DNA from: Felis catus
Lineage: Eukaryota
Direction of reading: 5' to 3'
Assembly: GCF_018350175.1 (NCBI RefSeq)
Contig: NC_058382.1
Coordinates: 57,724,001 to 57,788,000, forward strand
Length of the DNA stretch: 64,000 nucleotides
Under the pieces are notes generated by a model. The model searched no databases. It had not been told where the DNA came from and saw nothing but the letters and a program-made list of their open reading frames with translations. Below are positions 27,501-39,286 of this stretch, piece by piece (within the stretch, counting starts at the first letter, position 1; each line of letters starts with the position of its first letter). Made by a program: the position numbers and the translations under genes.

Positions 27501-27699
27501 GTCCCCTCTAATGACCACTTCAGGGATCGGGGGAGGCTCGGGGCTGGAGGCGGCAGAACAGCTGAGGGAAGCATCAGAATCCCAAGCGTTTCTCAGGCGT
27601 CCACGTTGGACAGCACCCCCGTGTCCTCTGGAGCAGGCAACCTCCGTGGGTGGAAAGGTCTGGAGTCTCGTCGCCGGGTGCCTTTGAGACTTTTCTTTC

Positions 27700-27950
27700 T
27701 GTGAGTTTCATTCAAGTGTTCAGTGGGTAAATGTTTACTCTGTGCCGGGCACTGTTCTGTGCATTGGGAATCGTGCACTGCTCAGACCCAACAAACTTGT
27801 CTCGTGGAGGTTCCGTTTTCCTCCGTGCGTGTCCGGGAGAGAGACTTCGAGGCAAAGGGGCGAGCCGGTGCAAAGGTCCTGAGGTCAGAGGGATCGGGAG
27901 AGCTTGTGGAACATGGCGGCTGCCTGGAGTGCTGTGACTAGTCAGTAAGG
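27700..27950 (-). mobile_element. L2 fragment
   Basis: ttcattcaagtgttcag...tactctgtgccgggcactgttct...gtgcaaaggtcctgagg. Confidence 0.65.
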
Positions 27951-28189
27951 GGACGCGGCTGGAAGGATGGGGGGTGGGGCAGTCACAGGTTCACGGGGTG
28001 GGGGGGGTGCGGTACTGATCTGGTGTAGCAGATCTGCTGCGTACCTCCCCCAGACGCAAGTAAGCCCTCTGAACTCGCCATTGTGGTTCATGCCAACCGC
28101 CTGTTGCCTGAAGTGCCCTGTCTGAGACATTCTTTGGCCACAGGAGCAAGTTCAGCATGCATCAGGGGCCCCCAAAAAGCCCGAGGGTC

Positions 28190-28303
28190 GGGTGACCAAC
28201 TTGTGCCAACTTTGCCCAGATCACTCCCGTCTTTAGCACTCAAAGTCCCAGAGAACCCGGGAGATGCCTTAGTCCCAGGCAGACTGGAATGGTCGGTCAC
28301 CCT
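28190..28303. mobile_element. hAT-Blackjack MITE (MER81/MER94-like)
   Basis: Terminal inverted repeats gggtgaccaac ... gtcggtcaccc; internal ttagcactcaaagtccc; 114 bp. Confidence 0.8.
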
Positions 28304-28339
28304 TGGAGGAGTTTATGTCCCTTGAGCGGCCCTCTAGCA

Positions 28340-28550
28340 AAGAAGGACAAGCAGGAGTATATCATCCCCAGCTCCCTGCCCCTCAGGCAGGATGCTCCAA
28401 GTCGTCCCCTGGGGTCCCCAGCAGGCTGCCCACTCAGGACCTCCCTCCTCATTGTCTTCCCCCTGATCTGTCCCCTTCTACATTCCCTCATAAACTACTC
28501 GTACCAAATCCTTGCCTCAGGCTCTGTATCCGGAGGGCCCGACCTCAAAC
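28340..28550 (+). mobile_element. ERVL LTR16-like fragment
   Basis: ataaactactcgtaccaaatccttgcctcaggctctg resembles the LTR16 3' end. Confidence 0.55.
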
Positions 28551-29634
28551 ACCAGGCAGAGGGGCTCATGAATATTGTGGGGAGACTAAGCCACCCACGT
28601 GAGCTGCCCCTGTCCTGTGGGGAAGGGTCTTGGAACCTGGGGGCTGTCCCTGTCCTGAGTCCCCTCCAGACCCGCGCTAAGCTTGGCCTCGAGTCAGAGC
28701 GCACGTGACAGCTGAGAAGCCGGAGCCGCGGGGTGCTTCCCCGGACGCTGAGGTCACGTAGGCTTCTCTGCCACGTTGGCCTCCCCGACGGCCCCTCAGC
28801 AGCCCCTCCCCAGCGTCGCCTAGGGTGAGCGGCCTTTGTCCTCAGGCAGAGGCGGGGTGATTGCCGGGAACCTCTGGGCCTGGAGGCAGCTCCCGGGCTC
28901 TCTGAGGCCCAGTCAGCATCTCTGTGCTGACTCTGGCCGGCGTGCTCAGCCACGGCTTGGTTTGGAGCCCAGGGGCTGCCACCGGCCTGCTGACCTGGCC
29001 TGCCCTTGTGCCTCTGTCCTTCGCTTGGCTGTGCCGGGGCTGACCTTGAATCCCTCTCCTGGCCCCGGCCCCGGCCGGTCTCCCCATTGCCCGGATGTGC
29101 CGGTGGACCGGAGCAGGGCAGCCTGCGGCCCCTTCCCCACACTCGTGGCAAAACCCGAGCTTTCCGACCGCCCCAACCCCGGTCCGCGATGCTGGTGGCC
29201 TTTCCCGCCCTGACGATCCTTCCAGAAACCCCTTTCCCAACACCTGAGTTGCATCCTGCCTTAACATCCACTGGTGGAAAGTTCTTCGTTCTCCAAGATT
29301 TTTTTTTTTCTTTTTTATCATGGCTGTGCAGAGTCACTCAGTTATGAGGTCTGCAAACCTAAAGAAGGCGCCTTTCCTTCCAGATGAAAAGATTTGTTTA
29401 GATTCAGAAGACGACTGTGCGCCCTTGGAACCAATGGGTCCCTCTTATCCTTCCTGGAGCCTCACTTGTTTTTTTTTTTCCTGTCATAAGTCACTTCCGT
29501 GTCCCAAACTGGGATCCAGGTGTTAACCCGTTCTCTTTGGGGCCCTTGCAGTAGGAACCCACGTATTAGAGCCCAGGGAGGGGGAGCCAGTCCTCGGTGG
29601 TTCGAAGGGGTTGTTTTTCGAGTAATGACCATGA

Positions 29635-29800
29635 CCGTTTCTAAGTGTTCGCCGTGTACCGTATCCAATCTCAGTGATGTTCTCAGCCTCCCTGTGAGGC
29701 GCTCCAACTGCTGTCCCCATTTCAGAGTTGAGGAGACAGACGCTCAGAAAGCCTAAGTAATTTGCCCCAAGACACACAGCAGAACTTGGACCTAGATCTC
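29635..29800 (-). mobile_element. MIR
   Basis: ccccatttcagagttgaggagacagacgctcagaaagcctaagtaatttgccccaagacacacagc. Confidence 0.8.
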
Positions 29801-30456
29801 CGAGGGAGGGCCAGAGGGGCCCCGGCTGACTCACTGTGGAGTGTCTAACGATTGCTTTTGGAATCAGCACGTATTTCACTCGTCTGTCTTCTTGTGGGTT
29901 TTGTTTCTCCAAATCAAAACCATTTGTTGTTGTTTTTGATTTCGTTGGGTCCGAGTAGGACCTCCCCAACGCCGGAGGAGATGTCTTTCCAGAATAAATG
30001 GAAACCATGTACACAATAGACGTCAAATGCTTTAGCAGGAAATAAATCATATAGAATAACGCTTGAAAAGCTAAAATCAATCTGTGTGGGCAGCTGGTTT
30101 AACCCCCAAATTGGTTCCAGCCTGTAAAAAAGAAAAACCCGTTCCTCTCTTTTTTCCTGTGAATTTCAGCTTTTTTTTTTTTTCTTACGCAAATTTTCCA
30201 GACCTGGCTTTCTGAGATGTTGGTGATGAGTCAGCCATTCTGCTTATCTGAATGCTAATAAGGGCCACCCTGATACTCAGTGTGCTCCTTCAGGCAAACC
30301 CACCAAGGTGGCCCCGAGGGGTGTCCAGACGTGAGCACTTAAGACTGGCCAGTGGCCACGGATGGGGCCATCCATCCGGGGAGCTCTGTCAAGCCCTTTC
30401 CTGTTGGGGGGTCCCTAGCCAGACCTCCTAAATCCTCAATGCCCGGGAATCTGCAT

Positions 30457-30663
30457 TTTTAAATGTTTATTTATTTTGAGAGAGAGAGAGAGAGAGAGCG
30501 ATCAGGGGAGGAGCGGAGAGAGAAACGCCCAGAGAATCCCGAGCAGGCCCCGCACGGACATCGCAGAGCCCGACACGGGGCTCGAACTCACAAACCGTGA
30601 GATCGTGACCTGAGCCGAAGTCAAGAGTAGGACCCTTAACTGACTGAGACACCCAGGCGCCCC
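30457..30663 (-). mobile_element. Can-SINE with TSD
   Basis: TSD gggaatctgcatttt on both sides; inserted into a MER5-like remnant. Confidence 0.96.
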
Positions 30664-32559
30664 CCGGGGAATCTGCATTTTGAGGCACGCCCCACTTTGG
30701 ACCGGCCGCTCCCCCGAAGGAAGCCTGGGCAGACAGAATTCTCCACCACGGTTCCTGGAGCACAGACGGGGACCTGAGGTCTCAGCCTAAGGTTCACGCG
30801 GGGAAACAGTTCCCCGGAACGATGTCGGGTTCCAGCACCCCCTGCCCGGCCCGGCCCCCTGGGTGGCCACGCCTCCCCCGGGGGAACCTCGGTCCCCTTG
30901 GGAACAGGGGAGCAGCTCAGAAGCCGCAGAGGGTTTTTCTGTGACCACCTTCTCGGTCCCCGTCACGTCGGCAAGTAGCTTCGGTGCCGTTGTGGTTCTC
31001 CTTCCAAACACTGAAAACGCATCTAAGAAAAGTGAGGAATTCTGTCATCCGCGTGTCTCTGAGCACATTTGCAGCAGCAGAAGCACATGTGTTTCTGGGG
31101 TTTCCGGTGACCTATCCGTTCGTTCAACACAGCCGAGTGTCTGCCCCTTACAAAGCTTGGCGTGGACGCGATCCAGGAGCCATGCCCTGCCCGGCCTGGG
31201 GCTGACAGCCGGGGGACTGACCAGTGACGGATTATTTAACCAGGGCCTCCGAGAGCTCACAACGGGGCTGTGAGCCAGTTTGGGGAGACGGGGGTGTTTC
31301 CCTGAGAGCTGAAGGGGGCGGCGGTGGGGCGGGGAGGGGGCTGGGCCGGCCTTCCTGACGGGGAAGGGGCTCGAGGTGTGTTAGGATGTGAAGCCGGCTG
31401 AGGGTCTGGAGAGAAGGCCTCAGATGAGGCCTCACGCACCAGGATGAAGGTTCCAGAACACTATGCCCATCCTCCTCGGGTAGGTTAGGATCCCAGTGAG
31501 ATCTGCCTCTCGGCTGTCCCTCTGGCCATCGCATGTGACGTTCCTCAGGTGCCCTGGCCCCTGTCGGCTCGGACCCACTCCCGCGTTAGCAGAGGACCGT
31601 CAGCGGAGACTGGGGAGTAGGGCAATGTTTTCCAGATGTCCAGGGCAGATCCGGGCCTGGCTTCTAAGAAGGACCATTTGGCTTTCTCAGGTTTACAAAC
31701 AGCAGGATAAGGTTCCCTCCTCTCCCTTGTGAGGCCCGCGTGTGAGATTCCAGGGGCCAGGGAGTGCCCACCCTGCCATCACCATGGCTCCCGGTGGGGC
31801 CCCTCCCGGTCTGGCCTTTGAGGATGTGGGGCTTGCTCTGACGGCTGTCCTCGCTCGTCTAGATTCGTCCTGCACCCTCTGTGTCCTGGGGCCTACCTGT
31901 AGGGGCCAGCTGCCCTCAGGGTACTGTAGGGTTTGGCCAGTGGGAGACATCACCAGGAGCTGGAGGAGGTAAGTGGGTATTTACTCCTGTAGTTTCCTCC
32001 CCGGGGGTCTCTGGCTGTCCATGTCCCACACCCGCAGGTCTGGGCCCTGCCTATAGACCTTCCGGGGGGCTGATGGGTCCCTCCTGCTGCCCTCTCCAGG
32101 CACCTGCCTCCCCTGTCCCCCCGGGCACAGATGGCTACCGGCACCCCCCTCAGTTATCCTGATGTGGGCGTGCCCACCGGGACCCGCTCTGTCCAGCCCC
32201 TGTCCTGGGAGGTGGCTTTCCCCCCCGAGGTACTGAAGCCAAACCCAGGGAAGTCCTGGTCAGTAACCACCTGCTCGCACCCTGCAGCCCCAGCAAGGGT
32301 CTGGAGCCCACAGCTGAGGCTTCGCTCTGTAAGTTCCCAAACCCTGTGGCCATTTTAAGACCAGACCCTTCTGGAACGTATTGGGATCACATGCATGTGA
32401 CCCACCCAAACTGCCCCTGAACTGAACCGTCTCCCCCCACCCCCACCCCCACCCCCCGCCTAATAAATGGGGAGAATCGTCATGATACCAGACAGGTGTC
32501 GACAGGACGGGGGTTAGATAAAGCTTGGCCGGGACCCCAGGCGTATCACGGTCGTGTAA

Positions 32560-32745
32560 AGGTAACGACTGATAATCACCGGGGTCGCCCCGCGCACGTC
32601 TTCACAGCGCCCTCTGGCGGGCAGCCCATTCCACAGAAGGAAGAGTCGAGGCAGAGAGAGGTCGGGTGACTTGACCCCCAGATAAACTGCTAGTGAGTGC
32701 CAGCCTTGGCTGCAGGTCCGTCTGACCCTGAGCCCAAGCGTGTAA
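32560..32745 (-). mobile_element. MIR containing a CTCF-like motif
   Basis: cccattccacagaaggaagagtcgaggcagagagaggtcgggtgacttg; gcgccctctggcgg at 32607-32620. Confidence 0.65.
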
Positions 32746-33466
32746 CCCCGCGACATACCCCAGACCTTGCCACGGGATTACCACTGCCCACCCGCCCGCC
32801 TTCTTAGGCGGGGACTCAGGTTCACACGGTCGTGAATATTGCCTGGGCTGCTAACATCCCAGGCTCGGTATTGACTAAAGTATTGTCCACTCCGATCCCC
32901 AAACGTCTCTCTAAATCTTGGGTATCTTCCGTAGCATTTCTGCTCCCTGTTCAGGGGGTAAAGGAGTGGGTTCCCTCCAGCGCCCAAGTGCCCGGGTTCC
33001 AGCCCCCAGGGCAAGTCCCGCATACACGAGGCAGGTTCTGCTCAGCTGGGCCAAGCACAGGGGATTCTGGGACATGCCTCTGACGTGAGCACAGCTCCCC
33101 AGCAACCCACAGACCCCCACGCCCCCCCCCCGTGCCACCTGGCACAGACACGTTCACCAGTCTGTCGCCGGGCTGAGCCGAGACGCCAGCCGCTCCGACG
33201 TGGGGGCTTGGCCCCCGGAATGTGGTGGGGAGGCCCGGTTTCAGATGACAAGACATGTCGCCTGTTTCCCCAGATGGATGTGGAACGTGCCCTCCCTCTG
33301 ACTCACTCAATGGCAGACGCTCCCATGCGCGGCACCCCCGCAAGGGCCCCCCCGCCCCCAGCACCGCAAACTCAGTGTACAAACAGCTCATCACTCTTCT
33401 TCCAGAAGCCGCCGGCGGACTTTGTGCACCGGACCCTGACAGTCCTCACTGCCTGCCCCGTCCTCC

Positions 33467-33603
33467 AGAATCCGGGGCACCCCTCTCCTCCCCTCTCCTT
33501 GCTAGAATCCGGGGCACCCCTCTCCTCCCCTCTCTTTGCTAGAATCCGGGCACCCCCCTCCTCCCCTCTCCTTGCTAGAATCCGGGGCACCCCTCTCCTC
33601 CCC
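33467..33603. repeat. 37-bp minisatellite, ~3.7 copies
   Basis: Unit agaatccggggcacccctctcctcccctctccttgct starting at 33467, 33504, 33541 and 33577. Confidence 0.97.
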
Positions 33604-33689
33604 GGCCTTCCCTCTGCCCGCATCCCTACCCCACTAGACCGCACAGCTCCGACTGGTCTCCCCGTTGCCCAGGCTTGCCCAACGCGGGA

Positions 33690-34250
33690 CTTTTGTTTTG
33701 TGTTCCAAAGCAGTTTCCCGAGGCAAACTCACCTCACGCACCTTTAGCCGTTCAGAAGTGACACGGCCGCTGGCATCCAGGGATCTTAACGACGCTGTAC
33801 GACCTTCTGCTCTACCTACTTCCAAAACGTGTCCCTCCCTTCGAAGTAAGGCCCCCCCTCCCCACCCGCCCCCCCCGGGCCCCGTCTCTGGATTTTTCTA
33901 TCCTGGACGTTTCGTACACGTGGAATCACACACGACGTGACCCCTCGCGTCTGGCGTCTTTCCCTCGGCGTGAGGTTTTCCAGGTGGATCCGTGTCGTAG
34001 CATGTGTCAGCTCTTCCTTCTTTTTTAGGACAAAATGGAATTCCGTCGCACGGCTAGACCACATTTGGTTAGTCCATCGTCGGTTGCCGGCCACTCGGGC
34101 TGTCGGCCTGCTTTCACTGATGTGATTGGTGCTGCTGGGAACATCCGTGTACGAGCACTTGTTTGAGTCCCTGATTGCATTGCCCTGGGTATATACCTAG
34201 GAGGGGGATGTCTGGGTCACAAGGTGACCTTGTGTATAATCTCTGAGGAG
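33690..34250 (-). mobile_element. L1MB-like 3' end
   Basis: tggaatcacacacgacgtgacc...tcttccttcttttttagga...gggtatatacctaggag. Confidence 0.85.
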
Positions 34251-34259
34251 CTCGTGTCC

Positions 34260-34692
34260 GTCCGCACGTTCTTTGACCTTTAAAGGTGGAGGCTAATTCC
34301 CCTCCCTTCAGCAGGGGCCAGCCTCGCTAAGTCTCACTTCTCATCGATGGGACGTGGCGAAAGTGATGCCGTCCCACCTCCTTCTCCCTCTCTTGGGTCA
34401 TTTGCTCTGGGGGAAGCCAGCCGTCATGCCGGAAGGACCCTCGGGCAGCCTGTGGGGAGCCCGTGTGGAGAGAAACGTGGGGCCTCCCTCCAACGGCCAG
34501 CACCAACGTGGCGGCCGTGAGTGGATCCTCTGTCTGCTGTCACGCCTGCGTGTTGGCCCCAAGAAACCCAAGCCAGAACTGTCCCTCTGAGCCGTTCCCA
34601 AGTACCGGGGCCACCGAAACGATGAGCGATCATAAATGTTTACAGATAACTGTTGGGGGGTGATTTGTTACACAGCCACAGCTAGCTGATAC
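34260..34692 (+). mobile_element. MaLR LTR (MLT1F/G-like)
   Basis: Ends in ggggtgatttgttacacagccacagctagctgataca. Confidence 0.75.
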
Positions 34693-34879
34693 ACCCGTCC
34701 GCCCGTGCATTCCCCCCGCAGCGGCTAGGATGGAGGAAGCACCCATGCTGCATGCATAGAAGCAAAAAGAAGGAATGAGTGAGTAAATGAAGAAGAAGAA
34801 ACGCTCTCTTCGAAGGAAAGCGTCTCCCAGGCAACCACGTATCTGCCAACTAAGACATCTGCCTCCAAATAAATGCACT

Positions 34880-36225
34880 AGCGATGGTGGTCATCCATGG
34901 ATGCTGAAAACCTCGCGGGGGACAATGTCTGGAGGAACAGGATATTCATAGTCTCAAAGTACTTCCCCACAGATTATTTATAATTTACAAAGGGGAAAAT
35001 GGTCACTTTTCCGTGGAGACAACAAGCAGACCCAAGCCTATTCAAGCGGTCCAAACTGACATCAGCAACCTCCAGGCCACCCACGCCGGCCTGGCAGGTG
35101 GGAGCCGAGGCCGGTGGCCCCCACGTGGCTCCGCAGCGCGCGCTCCCAGCCGAGCAGGGCTGCCCCACCCCGACCCGGGCGGAGGCACCAGCTCTGGGGC
35201 CCGGAGCACCGGCCACACAGCATATGGTCATTCTACAAACGGGCCCTGTTCCAGGATGGGCTGTGAGTCTCCTGGTGATCGCTTCTGTATTTATGTTGCG
35301 CATTTGGGGCGAGCATGCTCACTCCCAGATTCAACTGCCTCCATCTGTTTGTCATCGTAGGAGGAAGAGAAATCCAACACATCTTGGACCAAAAGCACAG
35401 TGATGTTCTGTTCACGAGAGAGAAGCTTTCTGTGAGCCTCCCGCTTTACAGGGAACTTACGAACTGATTTTGAGGAATCGGTTTTTTCCTGGGGCTAATA
35501 CACTTTCGGTTTTGTGTGTTTTAAAAAAAATGTGTTTGACGTTTATTTATTTTTGAGACAGAGAGAGACAGAGCGTGAGCAGGGGAGGGGCGGAGAGAGA
35601 GGGGGAGACCCAGAATCCAAAGCGGGCTCTGGGCTCTGAGCCGTCAGCACCGAGCCCGACGCGGGGCTCGGACCCACGAACCGCGAGATCATGACCTGAG
35701 CGGGAGTCGGACGCTCAACCGACGGAGCCACCCAGGCGCCCCCAATTTACGTTTTAAAAAACACTAACGTCATCAATATTAGACCAAACCAACGTCACAT
35801 CTCTGGAGAGGATGCGGTCAGAGGGACATAACATCACTTCCGTGGTATTCCTGCCCCGAACGCGAGAACCCAGGTCTGATTTTGAGGCAGACCCCAAGCG
35901 AGGGACATTGTGCCGAACAGCTGGCCTGTAGACTTGAAAACTGATGCCACGGAAGACCAAAAACAGGCCACGTGCCCCCTTCCTGCGCAAAGGAGACCCA
36001 GGAGACATGGCAGGTAAACGCAGTGTGGGGTCCCCGGGCGGTGATGTGGTTTAGAAAAAGAAAACACGGCCACAGAGGACATAGTTAGGACAGCTGGGGC
36101 GATTTGAACCCGGACCAGAAGTGAAATGGATTGGATACCAGAATGGTGTGCGTGCGAGTTTCCTGCCTTCGATCTGCACACCGCGGTCAAGCAAGACAAC
36201 GTCCTTGTTCTCGAGACCTGTCCAC
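34880..36225 (+). mobile_element. L1MC4-like 3' region in two pieces (~34880-35070 and ~35760-36225)
   Basis: caggatattcatagtctcaaagtacttccccac...; acataacatcacttccgtggtattcctgcc...gagggacatt. Confidence 0.65.
35523..35742 (-). mobile_element. Can-SINE
   Basis: Complete antisense element ending in gccacccaggcgcccc. Confidence 0.96.
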
Positions 36226-36231
36226 CCAGGG

Positions 36232-36650
36232 ATTTTTAAACCGCTTCATCGACGTAGGAGCGACGTTCAGAGAGCTGCCCGTGTTTAGCGTGTGCCCCTT
36301 GATGGGTTTGGAGGTGAAGACACCTCCGCGAAACCGTCGCCACGATCCGTGCCGCAGGCCGCCCATCGCCTCCGAAGGTTTCATTCATTCATTCATTCAG
36401 AGCGAGCACACTTAGCGAGGGACCCACCCTCCCAGCACGCTGTCGGGCGCACGGCACGGCACGTCTAACTGTGGGCTCTGTGCCGTGCCGCAGGTCTGTG
36501 GGACTTGCTCATCTTACAGAACGGAGCCCACGCGCCCTTGGGCTACTCCCTCGGCCCCTGCGAGTTGGAGCATCGGATTCGTCGGATTCGTGGTCTCGGG
36601 CAGGGTGTCCTTCCTTCAGGCTGCGTCCCAGTCGGTGCTGTGCATTTGCG
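36232..36650 (-). mobile_element. L1MA/MB 3' end, strongly GC-eroded
   Basis: tttttaaaccgcttcatcgacgta...gtctaactgtgggctctgtgccgtgccgcaggtctgtgggacttgctcatctt. Confidence 0.6.
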
Positions 36651-36979
36651 CCCTTTCTTTTGGGGGGACGTGTGGGCTGCTTCTGTCACACGGATGCGTG
36701 GGTAGAAGAGTCTGCTGGCCGCGACTCCCTGTCATGTAGCTCGGAGAAGACACGTACACGTACATCCACCCAGACCTGGAGTTTCGGTATCTGGACTGGA
36801 CTGTAACCACTGAGAGGGCAGACCCGTCTGTTTCCCCACCCAAGTCCCCAGAACGGAGAGCAGCGTCACACGGGAAGTGGACACTCATGGCTCGTCCTTG
36901 GGTCAGAGACGTAGAACCTGGAAGCGGTGGGACAAGGGGAAGTTTCTGCAACAGTCCAGAGGAGGAACTGGGTGAGTTG

Positions 36980-37370
36980 AGCCTTCTTGTAGTTCCTCAG
37001 ACATGTCAGGCACACCAGCACCCCAGGACCTTTGCACCTGCTGTGCCCGCTCCCCGGAATGCCCTTCCCCGGTGATCTTACTTCCTCAGCACCCTCTGTG
37101 AGACCTTCCTTCCTGGGCTGCCCCAGCTGAGAGTTCTGCAGCCGCCCCCCCTGCCCCCCACCACTCTGCACGTCCCTCTCCTATTTATTTGTTCCCCAGA
37201 CCACTTTCTGAAGCTTATTTTCATTGATTTGTTTTATCGTCCCTCTCTCCCACTAAAATGTAACCTCCACAAAGGCAGGATTTTTTTGTTCTCTTCAGTC
37301 ACTCCCAAATCCCCAGTGCCTAGCAGAGTATCTGGGACATAGTAGGCATTTAATAAATATCTGGCAAAAT
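36980..37370 (+). mobile_element. L2 3' end
   Basis: ccaggacctttgcacctgctgt...tccccagtgcctagcagagtatctgggacatagtaggcatttaataaatat. Confidence 0.85.
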
Positions 37371-38116
37371 CAAAAAAACAGGAAGAGGGGGAGGGAAAGG
37401 AAAGAAGAAAGGAACGGAGGGAAGGGAATAATCAGCAATCTCCCCTCCTCCTAGGCCAAAGCTTCCGCAGCCCCGCTTGGGGACCCCTCAAGTCCCCCCA
37501 GCTTCCAAGTGCCACGTAGGAGCTGGTCTCCGATTTGGGTCAGCCCACGCTCGGCCCGAGGCCGTTGGCCAGGGAGACACCTGGCCGCTCCCCAAGGATG
37601 GAGTCTTCTCAAAGGCGATTGACATTTCCACTTAAAAAGACATTGTCCGGCCCGAAGTGGCTCATAGCACACTTCCTGCCTGCGGCTTACTCAGCTGTGG
37701 CCTGGGCCGGGCCAGCTCTGGCTTTTCATCCCCCTGGGGCGTTCAGAAGATCCCCCGCTCCAGCCAGTTTGGGCTGCCCGCGGCCCACCTGCCATCTCTA
37801 AGCCCCTTCCTGCAGGCAGCCCCCCACTCTCCTCTCTCCCGCGAGAGGCAGAGTGCGCGTCCGGGCTGCTGGGCAGATCCGGAGTGGGACCCGCAGAGCC
37901 GGGCTTAGTGGATGGTCCCAGCCAGAGGCTGGGGCTCTGTCTCGATCTCATCTGGGTTCTGTGTCGTCTTGGCCAGAAAGGACTGTGGCTGCTTTAACCC
38001 TGTGGATGGGCCCTCCCACCGACGAGGACTCATTTCATGACTTACTCGTTCACTAAATTGATACTTACTGTGTACCGACTGTGTGCCGAGCACCATTCTA
38101 GGGGCTAGGAGTGTCC

Positions 38117-38151
38117 ACGCACGTGCGTGTGTGTGTGTGTGTGTGCGTGTG
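38117..38151. repeat. (GT)n microsatellite
   Basis: cacgtgcgtgtgtgtgtgtgtgtgtgcgtgtg. Confidence 0.9.
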
Positions 38152-38577
38152 TTCGATACGTTTCTATGGGAGGAGCAGGTGATGGGTCACACTCGTCGTG
38201 AGTAGCCGGCCGGCCAGGCCCCCAGGAGGCTCAAACAAGGTGAGCCGTGACCTGGGTGGACTGTGTCCCCACGTGGTCACCCCGGAAAAACTGCTTTGGG
38301 ACGAGCCCTGCTCCCAGCAGCCTCCACCCTGAAAGCTGTGTGGGTGTCAGAGCACTAGGGGTGAGCCGGTGAGGTTTTGCCCAAGTACCCGCCAGGCCAA
38401 CACAGTGTGGTAGAGAGTGCAGCTCCCGGGACTGCCCCCCACCTGGGAGGAGCCAGGGGTGGGCAGTCGATGGGACCAGAGAGAGCAGGAATGGGAGCCC
38501 AGCGCTGTTCCCCATCCCACTCTGCTTTTCACTAACAGAAGGAGGCCTGGGGCTGCTTCGAGAATCTTCTGAGCCCA

Positions 38578-38786
38578 GGGAGCACCTGGGGGGCTCAGTC
38601 AGTTAAGCGTCCGACTTCGGCTCAGGTCATGATCTCACGGTTCGTGAGTTCGAGCCCCGCGTCGGGCTCTGTGCCGACAGCTCGGAGCCTGGAGCCTGTT
38701 TCAGATGCTGTGTCTCCCTCTCTCTCTGCCCCTCCCCCACTCGCTCTGTCTCTCTCAAAAATAGACCTTAAAAATTTTTTAAAAAA
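38578..38786 (+). mobile_element. Can-SINE
   Basis: gggagcacctgggggctcagtcagttaagcgtccgacttcggctcaggtcatgatctcacgg; no TSD visible. Confidence 0.96.
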
Positions 38787-38814
38787 GACAGCCTGTTTCT
38801 TGGTTTGTTTCTTT

Positions 38815-39252
38815 GTTTCTTAAATTCTACCTATGAGTGAAATCATATGATACTTGCCTTCTTCTTACTCGTTTTGCTTAGCATTACCCTCTGTAGCTCT
38901 GTCCGTGTCGTTGCCAATGGCAAGAGTTCATTCTTTTTTATGGCTGAATAATATTCCATTGTATATATGCCACATCTTCCTTATCCATTCATCTATCTGC
39001 CCATGGACACCTGGGCTGCTTCCATAACGCTGATATAAATATAGGGGTTCACGTAGCCCTTTGCATTAGTGTTTTTGTATTTTGGAAGTAAATACCCAAT
39101 AGTGCAATTACTGGATTGCAGGGTAGTTCTATTTTTAACTTTTTTGAAGACCCTCCATACTGTTTCCCAGAGTGGCTGCACCAGTTTGCATTCCCACCAA
39201 GAGTGCATGAGGGGTCTTTGTCTCCACATCCTCGCCCACGCCTGATGTTTCC

Positions 39253-39286
<34 letters not shown>

